From an uncultured Planctomycetaceae bacterium (GTDB lineage Bacteria; Planctomycetota; Planctomycetia; Planctomycetales; Planctomycetaceae), in assembly GCA_963815195.1 (NCBI GenBank), contig CAWFGE010000015.1, forward strand, positions 544,001-608,000: 64,000 nucleotides of DNA, written 5' to 3'. This document shows positions 1 through 9,625 of this stretch, one piece after another; the first letter of the stretch is position 1; each line of letters starts with the position of its first letter. The notes under the pieces were generated by a model. The model worked only from the letters and a program-made list of their open reading frames with translations, had not been told where the DNA came from and made no database searches. Both the position numbers and the translations under genes were made by a program.

Positions 1-32
1 CCTTCAAACCGGCACGCCCTGCGAAGTTCGTG
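1..32. repeat. Repeat downstream of immunity gene (copy cut by window edge)
   Basis: ccttcaaaccggcacgccctgcgaagttcgtg matches 3660-3691 at 27/32 positions. Confidence 0.8.
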
Positions 33-69
33 GGAAATATCGAACATTCCCAATGGCGGTGCTCATTAC

Positions 70-594
70 TCAAGGTATGATTTCGATTTCACCCTTGAGA
101 AGGGCTTCTTTCACTCGACGGGTCACACGATAAGTTTTGAACTGATGCCATTCGGGCGTAGCCTCACGGACCCAGCTGAATACCTTTTCTGCCCATTTTT
201 TGAAAGTTCGATCTTTATTAACAAGCGACTTTCCGTCATCACTCAAACGGGTCCAGTATGCAGCGAGGTTGAACTGTCCGAGCTTGTTGCCGTCTCGGAA
301 ATTGCCACGACGATACCCGACCAAACACGAGTCCATGCTAGTAACACAAAATCTCGGTTGGCCTTCAAATTCGACTTGCTTGACTATTCGCTTCTCCGCA
401 AAGTCTTCGAGACCGAATAATAGCTGGTCTGGGTCGTATCGAGAGATATAGTCATTCAACGGTTGAGGAACCAATTCGGATTCGGTCTCAACCGGACCTG
501 ACGGAAATGCAACAACGCACCCCGTTCCGTTCAGGAACTCAATGAACTGTTGTTCTTCTTCTGGGAATTGCCAAAACGTCACTACAGAAGGCAT
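70..594 (-). CDS. Putative immunity protein for the upstream Rhs toxin
   Basis: 174 aa ORF starting 15 bp after the Rhs stop on the same strand; no family recognised. Confidence 0.7.
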   Translation of the reverse strand: MPSVVTFWQFPEEEQQFIEFLNGTGCVVAFPSGPVETESELVPQPLNDYISRYDPDQLLFGLEDFAEKRIVKQVEFEGQPRFCVTSMDSCLVGYRRGNFRDGNKLGQFNLAAYWTRLSDDGKSLVNKDRTFKKWAEKVFSWVREATPEWHQFKTYRVTRRVKEALLKGEIEIIP

Positions 595-609
595 AGCGTT
601 ATCCGACTT

Positions 610-3366
610 TCATTCAAATGGTACATGAGTTGGAGTGCGTCGTGTTACTGGATGTGCGGGATCGACTGCTGGCGGTTGCTGACCCGGACGGAAAATAACT
701 GGCGGTGCATTCGGATTCGCTGGGTCCGTAACTACAATTGTCGCACTTGGCTCCGCCGCTCGAATGTCACGAATCTGCGTACGGCCCCAAGATTTAATGT
801 GTCCACTTGGGCCAAACCGCTCTGATTCGACGATCACTCGTCCATTTCCGGGATCAATTCGCTCACCTCTAATAGTTACGATCTGGCCGGGTTGACCAAC
901 TCCGTCGGGGACTCTCCCACCAACGGCCACAGGTTGCAGATCATTTACATCATTGTTTCTAGCCACGTCAGCGATGTGCTCTGGGTCACCGGGCCTTCCG
1001 GGGCGACCACCTGCCGCTGCTGGATCGAAGTGCTCCCGTTTCCACCTATCGAACGGCTTCGGATCTTGTCCTGCTTTGCGTTTAGCTTCGACGTACCGCT
1101 CGTATCTCCATTCTGCTGCTCCTGCCTCTCCAAATGCTGGCTTATTGGTTGTTGGGACATCCGGAGATTCAACACCTTGTCTTCCTGTGCCGAAATCTGC
1201 CTCGTGCCCAATAAACTCTCCACCCTCCAAATCCCCTTTTGGATTCGGTTTTCTCGGTGCAGGACCGCCCGGTGGTTCAGACAACCGTTTTATTGCCGCC
1301 CTTTCCGTAGCTGACAGCGTCACGTTGAGCAACCGCAGGAGCACTTCACCGCCAGCCATCGCCGCTCCAATTGTATCGCCTTTCTTATAGCTTCGGTAGC
1401 CTGAAATTGATCGAACAATGGCTGTCGTGCCCTCGACTGCCATGTCCGCGGCGAGAAGAGCTTTCCTTAGACGAGTACCCGCTTTAAAGATTTTGAAGAA
1501 TTTGAGAAAGAACAGAATATCGCTAGCTGTGGATAGGCTTACATTGATTTTCTCTTCCTGAGTCCAAACATCGTCGGATGCTGCCTCTTTGTATTCATGG
1601 TATGTACCAACGCCAGGAAGCATGGCACGGATGAATACGAGTAAATGTTCTAGAGCCTCGGCTTTACCACCCTCAAACTGTAATCGATCATTTTCTACTC
1701 GTTCAACGGCCTCCGATTGGATTAGCTTTTCCAGGTCTCCATTTAATAGTGTTTTGCTGTACACATTAACGACGCGGTATGAATTACCAAGAGTCATTTC
1801 AAAACCGGCTAGCGTCAACTTGCCATGTTGAGATAAATTCCTCTGAAGCAATAGATTCTTGGGTTTACCATCAAGACCGATGATCGGTATCGCTATGAAT
1901 TCGTAGGGTTTAAATACGCAGCCAGAACTGTACTCTCCATAATTAGTAGTTAGTGGAAGTGTTGTCGTGTAGTCTTTTACAGGCAGGCCGTTCTCCTTCG
2001 CGTAGGCTACAGCGTTATCTACACTCCTCTTTGGAATCGCATCAGGTGAGAAGTTTTCGAAGCCCTTCCAAATCTTCTCCAAGGCCTTTTTAGCCAAATC
2101 AATATCTGCGCGACGCTGCTCTTCTAACTCTCTCCGACTTCGAACCCGCTCCAGCCCCTCAGCCCAATTGTTGACGATTTGAACGATCTCACTTTCGGAG
2201 GAGCCTCGTCCGCGAAACCTTTCAATTAAGATGTCGACCTTTGTTGCGGAAAAGCCCGCTTCGATAGCGCGTTGTTTGGCTTCACTAAGTGCGCCTGACC
2301 ATTTTTTTCTTTCCTCTAAACGACGCCTCGCTTCCAACTTCTCCTTCTCTCGAATCTCTCTTCCGCCGACTTCCAATCTATATTCGCGTTCCAGTATTAT
2401 CACTAGTTTTTTCCACATGCTTCGTGCACGAGGGCTGTCCGATACTTCTAATGCAAGTGCCTTCTTGGCCAATCCAGCACCAATTTGGTCTTCGTTCAAA
2501 CCGAGTTCTTTAAGTTTGGTGAAAAGCGATAGCGCTTTCTGATAATCCGGGTTTGATGTCTTCTCGTCTGGGAGCGAGTTTGCCGATTGCTGCAATCCCG
2601 AAGGATCAGCCGCATTGGGCGAGTTATTTTTCACATACCGAAACAGGTTTTCCTCGTCGTCGCGCACAGGATCTTCCGACTTAAACCGCCCATTTGCGCT
2701 GTCGTATTCCCTCTGGCCTAAATTGTGGTTCCCCGTCGTGCCGTCGTATTGATAGCCTTTCTGGCCAACCCAGCGGAAGGGGTTTTCTGTTGTTCCCGTC
2801 GAAGCGAGTTCTTTGCCGAAGGCGCTATAGCTGTACTCATCGGTGACGACTTCGGTCGAATCCGTGAGGGCATCGGTGGAGCCGAGGGCGTCGTAGTGGT
2901 AGTAGGATGTTTCCGTGGCGTCGTGGCGGCTGATGAGGTTGCCGAATTCCTGCTGCTCGTAATGGTAATCCAGTTGCGGGGTGCCGAATTCGTCAGTCTC
3001 GTGCAGCAGGTTCTTTTTGTCCCAGAGATAGCCGACGTTGTCGATGTCCTCTTCACGGCCCACGCGCAGCAGGTCGCTATTGTAGGTGTAGGTCACCACG
3101 GTGCCGGTGGGCAGTTCCACCTGGGTGAGTTCGTTCTCGGCGTTCCAGGTGTTCGTGGTGAGGTCGCCGCTGGGTTCTTCTTTCGAACGCTGATTGCCGG
3201 CGTTATCGTACGTGTAGGTCGTGCGGTCGCCGATGCTGTCCAGCTTGACCAGAAGCTCATTTGCGGCATTATAGGTGGAAGTCGTGACCGCGCCGTCGGC
3301 GTCTTCCGTCAATCGGTTGCCTGTGGCATCGTACGTATAAGTCGTCCGACGGGGTGGCATGCTCAT
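610..3366 (-). CDS. 5'-truncated (orphan) Rhs/YD-repeat protein with long C-terminal toxin region
   Basis: YD repeats (TTYTYDATGNRL, TTYTYDNAGNQ), Rhs core (YHYDALGST, NPFRWVGQKGY, GRFKSEDP), DPSGL cleavage motif at 2593-2607; Rhs-like sequence stops at ~3349 against a repeat. Confidence 0.9.
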   Translation of the reverse strand: MSMPPRRTTYTYDATGNRLTEDADGAVTTSTYNAANELLVKLDSIGDRTTYTYDNAGNQRSKEEPSGDLTTNTWNAENELTQVELPTGTVVTYTYNSDLLRVGREEDIDNVGYLWDKKNLLHETDEFGTPQLDYHYEQQEFGNLISRHDATETSYYHYDALGSTDALTDSTEVVTDEYSYSAFGKELASTGTTENPFRWVGQKGYQYDGTTGNHNLGQREYDSANGRFKSEDPVRDDEENLFRYVKNNSPNAADPSGLQQSANSLPDEKTSNPDYQKALSLFTKLKELGLNEDQIGAGLAKKALALEVSDSPRARSMWKKLVIILEREYRLEVGGREIREKEKLEARRRLEERKKWSGALSEAKQRAIEAGFSATKVDILIERFRGRGSSESEIVQIVNNWAEGLERVRSRRELEEQRRADIDLAKKALEKIWKGFENFSPDAIPKRSVDNAVAYAKENGLPVKDYTTTLPLTTNYGEYSSGCVFKPYEFIAIPIIGLDGKPKNLLLQRNLSQHGKLTLAGFEMTLGNSYRVVNVYSKTLLNGDLEKLIQSEAVERVENDRLQFEGGKAEALEHLLVFIRAMLPGVGTYHEYKEAASDDVWTQEEKINVSLSTASDILFFLKFFKIFKAGTRLRKALLAADMAVEGTTAIVRSISGYRSYKKGDTIGAAMAGGEVLLRLLNVTLSATERAAIKRLSEPPGGPAPRKPNPKGDLEGGEFIGHEADFGTGRQGVESPDVPTTNKPAFGEAGAAEWRYERYVEAKRKAGQDPKPFDRWKREHFDPAAAGGRPGRPGDPEHIADVARNNDVNDLQPVAVGGRVPDGVGQPGQIVTIRGERIDPGNGRVIVESERFGPSGHIKSWGRTQIRDIRAAEPSATIVVTDPANPNAPPVIFRPGQQPPAVDPAHPVTRRTPTHVPFE

Positions 3367-3513
3367 GGCTTTGCATGAGCATGCGATTTGAGGAAACGTG
3401 GATTCTGAAAATCCGACGACATGATTAACGGAACCAGGGCAAAATGCAATGTCTCCAGCTTCATCAAGCGTCCCGAAGACATGCTCATGCAAAGCCATGA
3501 GCATGCCACCCCG
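3350..3513. repeat. REP-like doublet (REPIN-like), GGGTGG head plus hairpin
   Basis: Perfect 34 bp inverted repeat, 3350-3383 and 3480-3513; each arm contains the hairpin CATGCTCATG-N6-CATGAGCATG. Confidence 0.9.
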
Positions 3514-3605
3514 CCGTTTGGTAGTTGAAATGTCGAAGCTGCACCCTTGCCACGGGAATCGGCCCGTGAACAAGAGATTGAGAAAAAAGCCAAAGCCAGC
3601 GCCGT

Positions 3606-3691
3606 CAGGCGTGCCGGTGTTCAAGTCGTGAAAGCCTGCTGAGCTGGCACGCTTGCAGCCCTTCAAACCGGCACAGCCTGCCAAATTTGTG
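3606..3691. repeat. Imperfect inverted-repeat element downstream of SUKH gene
   Basis: caggcgtgccggtgttcaag pairs with cttcaaaccggcacagcctg; right part recurs at 1-32. Confidence 0.7.
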
Positions 3692-3712
3692 AGGCAGAAG
3701 CCGAAAGTGTGA

Positions 3713-4093
3713 TTACTGCCTGTAGCCATTGAGCAAAGACAAGAACTCGGATTCAACGGTGGTGTCAATTTCACCACGAGGACTAACTTCGACGATCCTC
3801 CAATTATCTGTTGGATCGAAGCCAAAGCAGTATCCTTGAAAGTCATCGCCGATCAGCAGGATGTCGGCCAGTCGCCCCGTAGCATTCGAGTAAACCTCAT
3901 GAGCTTCCACCGGCCCACTGTAGAGCGAAATGCCGCCAAGATTGCCATATCCAGCAATCTCAAGGAAACGGAGATAATGCTCCGGAATACCACGATATTT
4001 GCTGCGGAGCGTTTGCAGCTTTTGAACAGATGCCTTCGTCAGTGAACTCTCAGCACTGAAATGGCCAACGAGTTCTTCAAAGTTGCTCATCAT
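3713..4093 (-). CDS. SMI1/KNR4 (SUKH) family immunity protein
   Basis: IPEHYLRFLEIAGYG and LLIGDDFQGYCFGFD motifs; ATG 4 bp after the HNH fragment stop, preceded by GAGG. Confidence 0.8.
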   Translation of the reverse strand: MMSNFEELVGHFSAESSLTKASVQKLQTLRSKYRGIPEHYLRFLEIAGYGNLGGISLYSGPVEAHEVYSNATGRLADILLIGDDFQGYCFGFDPTDNWRIVEVSPRGEIDTTVESEFLSLLNGYRQ

Positions 4094-4097
4094 TGCC

Positions 4098-4313
4098 TCA
4101 CGGGAAAAGTGTTTCCATAATTGCCTCGAGATGAATGCCACTTTGGTGCTGGCTGGGAAATCTTGCTGGAGTCAGGTTCCACCATTCGTGCGGTCCACCG
4201 TATATGTTCTCGATGACGTGGTGCGCATCGTAGGGGTCGCCCACTTTCTTGTACACCTCACCACTCTTAGTATAAACCTCTTCGGTATACCGAGGCCACG
4301 ATTGGCCAGCCGA
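4098..4313 (-). pseudogene. Orphan HNH-type nuclease toxin C-terminal tip
   Basis: WPRY...YDAHHVIENIYGGPHEWWNL...HQSGIH; no delivery domain; 5' end abuts a GTAG REP. Confidence 0.75.
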
Positions 4314-4446
4314 GTAGGGCCGGCTGTGCCGGCCTTTTGTTTTTGACACAACGATTTTTCTCGCACCAAATGGCCGGCATACCCAGCCGCCAATTGGGCA
4401 TAAGTATGATTCCCTTCGTCGAAAAGGCCGGCACAGCCGGCCCTAC
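4314..4446. repeat. GTAG-type REP doublet
   Basis: Perfect 25 bp inverted repeat, 4314-4338 and 4422-4446: GTAG-GGCCGGC-TGT-GCCGGCC-TTTT. Confidence 0.9.
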
Positions 4447-4497
4447 GTCACTGTGTCACCTCTTCCTCGACCATGATAACCTCTTGTCGCTGCGCGA

Positions 4498-4526
4498 CCC
4501 AGGTTGCAAGCAACCTGGGCCACCCC
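4498..4526 (-). repeat. Single REP-like unit, GGGTGG head
   Basis: Minus strand reads GGGTGG-CCCAGGTTGC-TT-GCAACCTGGG. Confidence 0.75.
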
Positions 4527-4627
4527 GTGCGGCCGCGTTACTAACGACAATAAAAGTACCAAACAGCCCAAATCAAGGGGAAATAAGGGGTTCTGGAGTC
4601 TGCGGGAGACCGGTTACACCCATCAAA

Positions 4628-4650
4628 ACCGGCGGCTAGCGCCGTGCCGC
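4628..4650. repeat. Single arm of GCGGCACGGCGCTAGCCGCCGGT repeat family
   Basis: Matches arms at 37928-37992 and 44757-44821. Confidence 0.8.
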
Positions 4651-4654
4651 CCAC

Positions 4655-5525
4655 TCATCCGAGGAACCAGTTGTCGAGAGCGGTGAGGATGCCGCCGAAG
4701 ATGACGTCGACGAAGTCGCGGTCATCGCGGGGATTGAGATAACCCGGCGGGGGAGGGGAGGGTGTTCGGAGCTTGGGGCGGTTTTTCTCGAAGGCTTCGA
4801 TGGGATCGTCGGACTGGCCGCCGTCTGCGATCCAGCGGAGCACCTGATGAAGCTCGGCCGCATCGAACCACAGCCCGTGCTCTTTGCAGAGGTCGATGAT
4901 CACGCCGCTGCCGGTGCGCGTACTGCCGCCGGGACATGAGTTTTCCGCACTGAACGCAGGGGCGGTACAAGGGACCTTTCTGATCCGCTCGCTGGCGGGG
5001 CCGGGCCTGGGCGAACACGGCTTCGTCCAAGTGGGCGGCTCCGCGGGCCGTGCGGTCGCGGAGTTCCCGAAACGTTTCCACGCTCAGCCACAGCCCCGTG
5101 CACGCCTGGCATTCGAGGACGTTCAGCTTCTCGTGGCCCAGCTCCCGGCTCGCGAGATGCTCCGTGTCCGGACATGCCGGGCAGACGGCGTTCGAGTCTT
5201 TCCCGGCGATCGCCTCGGCGGCGAGCCTCTCGCCGCACTGCGAACAATAGCGGGCTTTGTCGCTCACGCGGGCGAGGCAATTCGGGCAGACGGTATTCAG
5301 ATCGCGTTCGTGCAGCGTGAAGTCGGCGCCGCAGAACCCGCAGTTCCGATCGCTCCCTTGGCGAGCGCCGCCGCACGAAGAGCACCGCACGACCGCCGCC
5401 TCGTGCCCCTGGGGCTTTCGAACCTTGAGCACCGCCCCGCAATGGCAGCGGAACTTCGCCCCGATCTTCCGCTCGCTCGTTTCATACCGGCGTAGGCAAT
5501 GCGGACACGCAACCAGCACGCGCAT
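4655..5525 (-). CDS. Multi zinc-ribbon protein (double zinc ribbon / zf-TFIIB-like), frameshift near 4915
   Basis: Many CxxC pairs; C-terminus VIIDLCKEHGLWFDAAEL continues in another frame. Confidence 0.75.
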
Positions 5526-5757
5526 GGCTTAGGTCTCTTCAAGGTGATGGATTTTCCCTTTGCCACTGTACCCCCGCCGAATGCCGGCCGTCAAACACGA
5601 AATCCGCCTCCGGTTTCTGGCTTCTCATCTCAAGACCACATCACAAAGAACCGATGGACAAACAGGAATCTTTAATGTTTGCTTTGGAGTTTTTTTGGCG
5701 TTTTCGATTTTTGCGGCGAATTGACTGAAGTTTTTCCGATTGCCCCGTGAGTCCCGC

Positions 5758-8154
5758 ATGACCGGCCTTCGACTTTGGATTAGGCCCGATTCTTCAGCAT
5801 CCCAACTGAGGAAAACGGCGGCCGCCCTTGTGGTGATCGCCGTGGGGCTGTTTTTTCCGCTGCGGATGGCGTGGCATATGGCCCAGGTCGGGGAAAACTG
5901 TCTGAGCCACGATGCGTGTTGTTATATCTGGAACGTGGAGCAGTTTTACGCGGGGGTTTACGAGGGCGACTGGCAGAGGTTCTTAAAGGATTACACGATC
6001 AGCGAGGGCTCGCATTGCGTGTTGATCCCGGGGCTGATCCAGATCTCGCTGATCCCCCTCACGGATTGGAACGTGCATGCCGAGCTGGGCGTGGGCTTTG
6101 TTTTTGCGTTTTTCAAGGTGCTTCTGCTCGTCTCGCTGTTTGGACGAGGTCGGCCGCTGTGGGCGAAGTCGCTGCTGTTTGCCGTGCTGTCCGGATTGGT
6201 GTTCAGCCTGCGGCATTTTGATTCGTTCCAATTTGGGCCGGCGGGCTTTTTTCAACAGACGGGCGATCTGTTTTTTCTCTTGGGGTGCTGGTTTTTGATT
6301 TGCGGCCCGCGACATACTCGAATCGCGGGCATGGCGGCCTCGGGAATCTGCGCTTCGCTGTCGTTTGGGACAGGCCTCGTCGCCTGGCCCGCGTACGGCA
6401 TGGGCATGTGGCTGTTGGGAGTCCGGCGGTGGTCCGCTTATGCCCTCTGGCTGGCTGCGGGGGCCGTCGCCTCCACGCCTTATTGGATGTTTCGCCCCGA
6501 GCGGCCGATGATTGCGGGCGGCCGCTGGTTTTCGCCCGCACATATCGCCAAGGGGTTGACGCATGCCTTTATCGAGAGCCGATTCTACGAAACTCAGCCG
6601 GCGATCTGGACGATCGTGGGAGGCCTGGGGATCGGCCTGGCGATGTTCCTGGCGGTCGTCCTCTTCCGCAAGTATTGGAAAACCGACCGAGCGAAACTCG
6701 CCCCGGCGATCATGGTGTTCGGTTACGCGGCGGCCACGCTGTGGGCGATCACCTGGAAGCGGGACCATTTTACGACGTGGTACACCGTGCATTTCGCGAT
6801 GGTTTGGGTGGCGATCGCGGGGATGGCGTTCCTCGCGGCGGAGTCTGCTCCACGAACCGCCGAAGATCGTTTTTCGTGGGGAACTCTGAAGGAAGGGCGG
6901 GGGATTTTCGCCGGGGTCAGTCTGTTGATCGGGCTGTTGCTCATTCCCCAAGCCCGGGGTGTGGATAAGCAAAACGTGAGCCAGCTTCGTTCGCGGTCTC
7001 CCGCCGCCGTGACCGCCTTTCGCGAATTTCGCACAGCCCCGACGCACTATGCCACGTTTCCCGTGGCGGTTTGGCGTTGGAACCATTCCCAGACCGTGGG
7101 GTACGCTTCGCTTCTGGAACAGCGAGGCTGGTCGGTGTTCGGCAGGAACCGGACCTATCTGCTTCAGGGAGACTACGGCCTCGCGAGCGTGACTCTCGAT
7201 GAAGCCAAGGGGGTCTGGCCCGTGATGTGGGTGACGGGGCGGAAAACGTCGCCGGCTTCTTTCACGGACTATCATCGCTTGAACTTGTTTCTCTATCCGC
7301 CTAACGCCGTGTCTTGGGAAGTGGACATCCCCCAAGAGACGGCGACCGCCAGGTTTTGCTCCGCGGTGGCCGCGCTCAATCGCCCGCTCACGCCGGGATC
7401 CGACGGGGCGGTTTGTCAATTGAGTCTCTCAGCGAATGCGGGCGAATCGCAAATCGTTTGGACGCATTTTGTCGCGTGCGAAGATTCCGCTTGGGAGGAA
7501 TGCGAGTTGGATCTCAAACCTTACGCGGGAAAGAAGGTCCGGCTGACATTGCGCGCGGCTCCGCCAAAGTCCGGCCGCGGAGACGCCATCGTGTGGAAGT
7601 GCCCGCGGATCGAGATGCAATTGACGAAGACGCCGCCCATTTCCCGCGGGACGATTATCCCATCCAACACCGACCCGAATTGTTTTCCGCCGTTCACGAA
7701 GGATGACGTTCTGCTGGATGTCTCGAGTGACGCCTGGGGAATGCCCGCTGCTTCCGTGGCCCTCGCAAACGGCGAGGGCTGGTCCTGTGTGACCGGGCAA
7801 ACGCAGTGGGACTATCAGCGCGAGTTTCGCGTCTTATGCCACGATTATCCGCATTTGCTCGTGGAATGCTCGCTGTCGAAGCCGGAACTGGCGTGCCATT
7901 ATCTCTATGTCGTTCTCCACTTGGAGAGTAACGGGGCGGTGCATGAGCACGGCATCAGCGTGCCCCTGTTGAACGACGCCGGGATGCACGCGTATTGGCT
8001 CGATCTTCGAAAATGGGACGTCGATCCGCGGGCGGAGATTGTCAAAGTCACGCTGCACCCGGCCCCCGGACCTGCGGAGATGGTCCCGGCCGATTCGCGT
8101 TTCAATCGCGTGTTTCAGCTCGAGCAGGTTCGCTTCATCGAACGCGGGCGGTAA
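5758..8154 (+). CDS. Polytopic membrane protein, possible GT-C-type glycosyltransferase with extracytoplasmic beta domains
   Basis: About 11-12 hydrophobic segments in the N-terminal half; soluble C-terminus with LDLKPYAGKKVRLTL motif. Confidence 0.6.
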   Translation: MTGLRLWIRPDSSASQLRKTAAALVVIAVGLFFPLRMAWHMAQVGENCLSHDACCYIWNVEQFYAGVYEGDWQRFLKDYTISEGSHCVLIPGLIQISLIPLTDWNVHAELGVGFVFAFFKVLLLVSLFGRGRPLWAKSLLFAVLSGLVFSLRHFDSFQFGPAGFFQQTGDLFFLLGCWFLICGPRHTRIAGMAASGICASLSFGTGLVAWPAYGMGMWLLGVRRWSAYALWLAAGAVASTPYWMFRPERPMIAGGRWFSPAHIAKGLTHAFIESRFYETQPAIWTIVGGLGIGLAMFLAVVLFRKYWKTDRAKLAPAIMVFGYAAATLWAITWKRDHFTTWYTVHFAMVWVAIAGMAFLAAESAPRTAEDRFSWGTLKEGRGIFAGVSLLIGLLLIPQARGVDKQNVSQLRSRSPAAVTAFREFRTAPTHYATFPVAVWRWNHSQTVGYASLLEQRGWSVFGRNRTYLLQGDYGLASVTLDEAKGVWPVMWVTGRKTSPASFTDYHRLNLFLYPPNAVSWEVDIPQETATARFCSAVAALNRPLTPGSDGAVCQLSLSANAGESQIVWTHFVACEDSAWEECELDLKPYAGKKVRLTLRAAPPKSGRGDAIVWKCPRIEMQLTKTPPISRGTIIPSNTDPNCFPPFTKDDVLLDVSSDAWGMPAASVALANGEGWSCVTGQTQWDYQREFRVLCHDYPHLLVECSLSKPELACHYLYVVLHLESNGAVHEHGISVPLLNDAGMHAYWLDLRKWDVDPRAEIVKVTLHPAPGPAEMVPADSRFNRVFQLEQVRFIERGR

Positions 8155-8192
8155 TGTCTTGGCTGGTGAAACCGCAGCGGGGCAGGGGAGGT

Positions 8193-9461
8193 TTACAGTT
8201 CCGCCACCGGTTCGCGGTCGTCGAGAACGTGCATGGGGCGATTGTTGTAATCGGGGATCGCGATGCGGGGATCGATGCCCAGGTGATGATACATGCTCGC
8301 GAGCACGTTGCTGGGCGTGTAGGGCCGGCCTTTGTGTCTGGCTCCTTGGGAATCGGTTTCGCCGATGACCTGGCCGGTTCGGAATCCGCCGCCTGCGACG
8401 ACGGCCGCCCCCGCTTCGGGCCAATGATCCCGGCCGTCGATTCGGGTGATCCGCGGTGCCCGGCCGAACTCGCCCCACATCACCACCGCCACATCGTTTT
8501 GGAGGCCTCGCTCGTAAAGATCGGTGACAAGCGCATGAAAGCCGAGGTCCAACTGGGGCAACTGGTCGCGCATGTCGCGGAAGTTCTTCTCGTGCGTGTC
8601 CCAATCGCCGATCTTGAGCGTAACCACATTCACGCCGGCTTCCACGAGCCGGCGGGCCATCAAAAAGCTCTGCCAGAACCGCCCGTAGCGCTCCCGCGTT
8701 TTTGGGGATTCCTGTTTGAGGTTCATCGCCTCGCGGGCTTTGGGATGCGTGATCATCTCGATCGCCTGGGCGGAAAACCGATCGAGGGCCGCGAAGGTGT
8801 TGCTTTGGTCGATGGTCCGCTCAATCGTGTCGAGGCGGTTCAGTAACTCCCGGCGATCTTCGAGGCGGTCGATCGTCAACCCGCGGGCCAATCGCAGGTT
8901 CTCGAGGTCATCCCGATGCGGCACAAAGGGGGCGTGCGCGGGGCCGAGGTACGTCGGTTGTTCGCCGCGTTCCGGATGATAGACGCTGACATAAGGCGGC
9001 AGCCCGTCGGAGCGCGGATGCAGATAACTCACGATCGCCCCCATCGCCGGGCGGATGTCGCGGCTGGGAAAACCGGTGCTGATGTAATGCGGCGTGTGGT
9101 CGCCGAGGTCGTTCGAGCGAATCCCGCGAATGATCGCCAGCTTGTCCATGATCTTTGCGTGCAGCGGCAGGTATTCGCAGACCTCGATGCCGGGGACGTT
9201 CGTCGAAATCGGCTGAAACTCGCCGCGAATTTCCGCGGGAGCGCCCGGCTTCATATCGTAGCTGTCGATATGCGAAGGCCCGCCTCTGAGCCAGATCATA
9301 ATCACGGACTTTTCCCGCGCGGGTTTCTCTTTGGCGCTCGCCCGCAGCCTAAGCACGTCGGCCAACGACAATCCGCCCCAGCCCAAAACGCCGACCCCGA
9401 GCACCTCCCGCCGGGTGAGATTCTTTCGGCACCGCGTGTTTGCTCCATCCATTCGCAACAT
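8193..9461 (-). CDS. DUF1501 domain protein
   Basis: TRREVL, WLRGGPSHIDSYDMKP, WDTH, GEFGRAP, GRDHW motifs. Confidence 0.92.
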   Translation of the reverse strand: MLRMDGANTRCRKNLTRREVLGVGVLGWGGLSLADVLRLRASAKEKPAREKSVIMIWLRGGPSHIDSYDMKPGAPAEIRGEFQPISTNVPGIEVCEYLPLHAKIMDKLAIIRGIRSNDLGDHTPHYISTGFPSRDIRPAMGAIVSYLHPRSDGLPPYVSVYHPERGEQPTYLGPAHAPFVPHRDDLENLRLARGLTIDRLEDRRELLNRLDTIERTIDQSNTFAALDRFSAQAIEMITHPKAREAMNLKQESPKTRERYGRFWQSFLMARRLVEAGVNVVTLKIGDWDTHEKNFRDMRDQLPQLDLGFHALVTDLYERGLQNDVAVVMWGEFGRAPRITRIDGRDHWPEAGAAVVAGGGFRTGQVIGETDSQGARHKGRPYTPSNVLASMYHHLGIDPRIAIPDYNNRPMHVLDDREPVAEL

Positions 9462-9625
9462 AGCCGGGCTCCCTGTCACATGGCAGCAATCAATTCAGCC
9501 CCGGTCCCGCATACCTAAATTGTACCGGGCGACACGGATCGGTCAATGTTGATGCATTGCAGCCGCGCTTGTCGCAGATCGAGGCGACACAGGTGGACTA
9601 TGCGTCCGGGGCATCATCAATTGGC

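Noticed and set aside
3367..3846. First ~160 aa of the 1078 aa Rhs ORF
   Set aside because: Read-through of repeat elements and overlap with the SUKH gene; not Rhs-like.
1..4650. Integron (attC) or CRISPR interpretation of the repeats
   Set aside because: No canonical attC ends, no integrase or cas genes, and no regular repeat-spacer periodicity.
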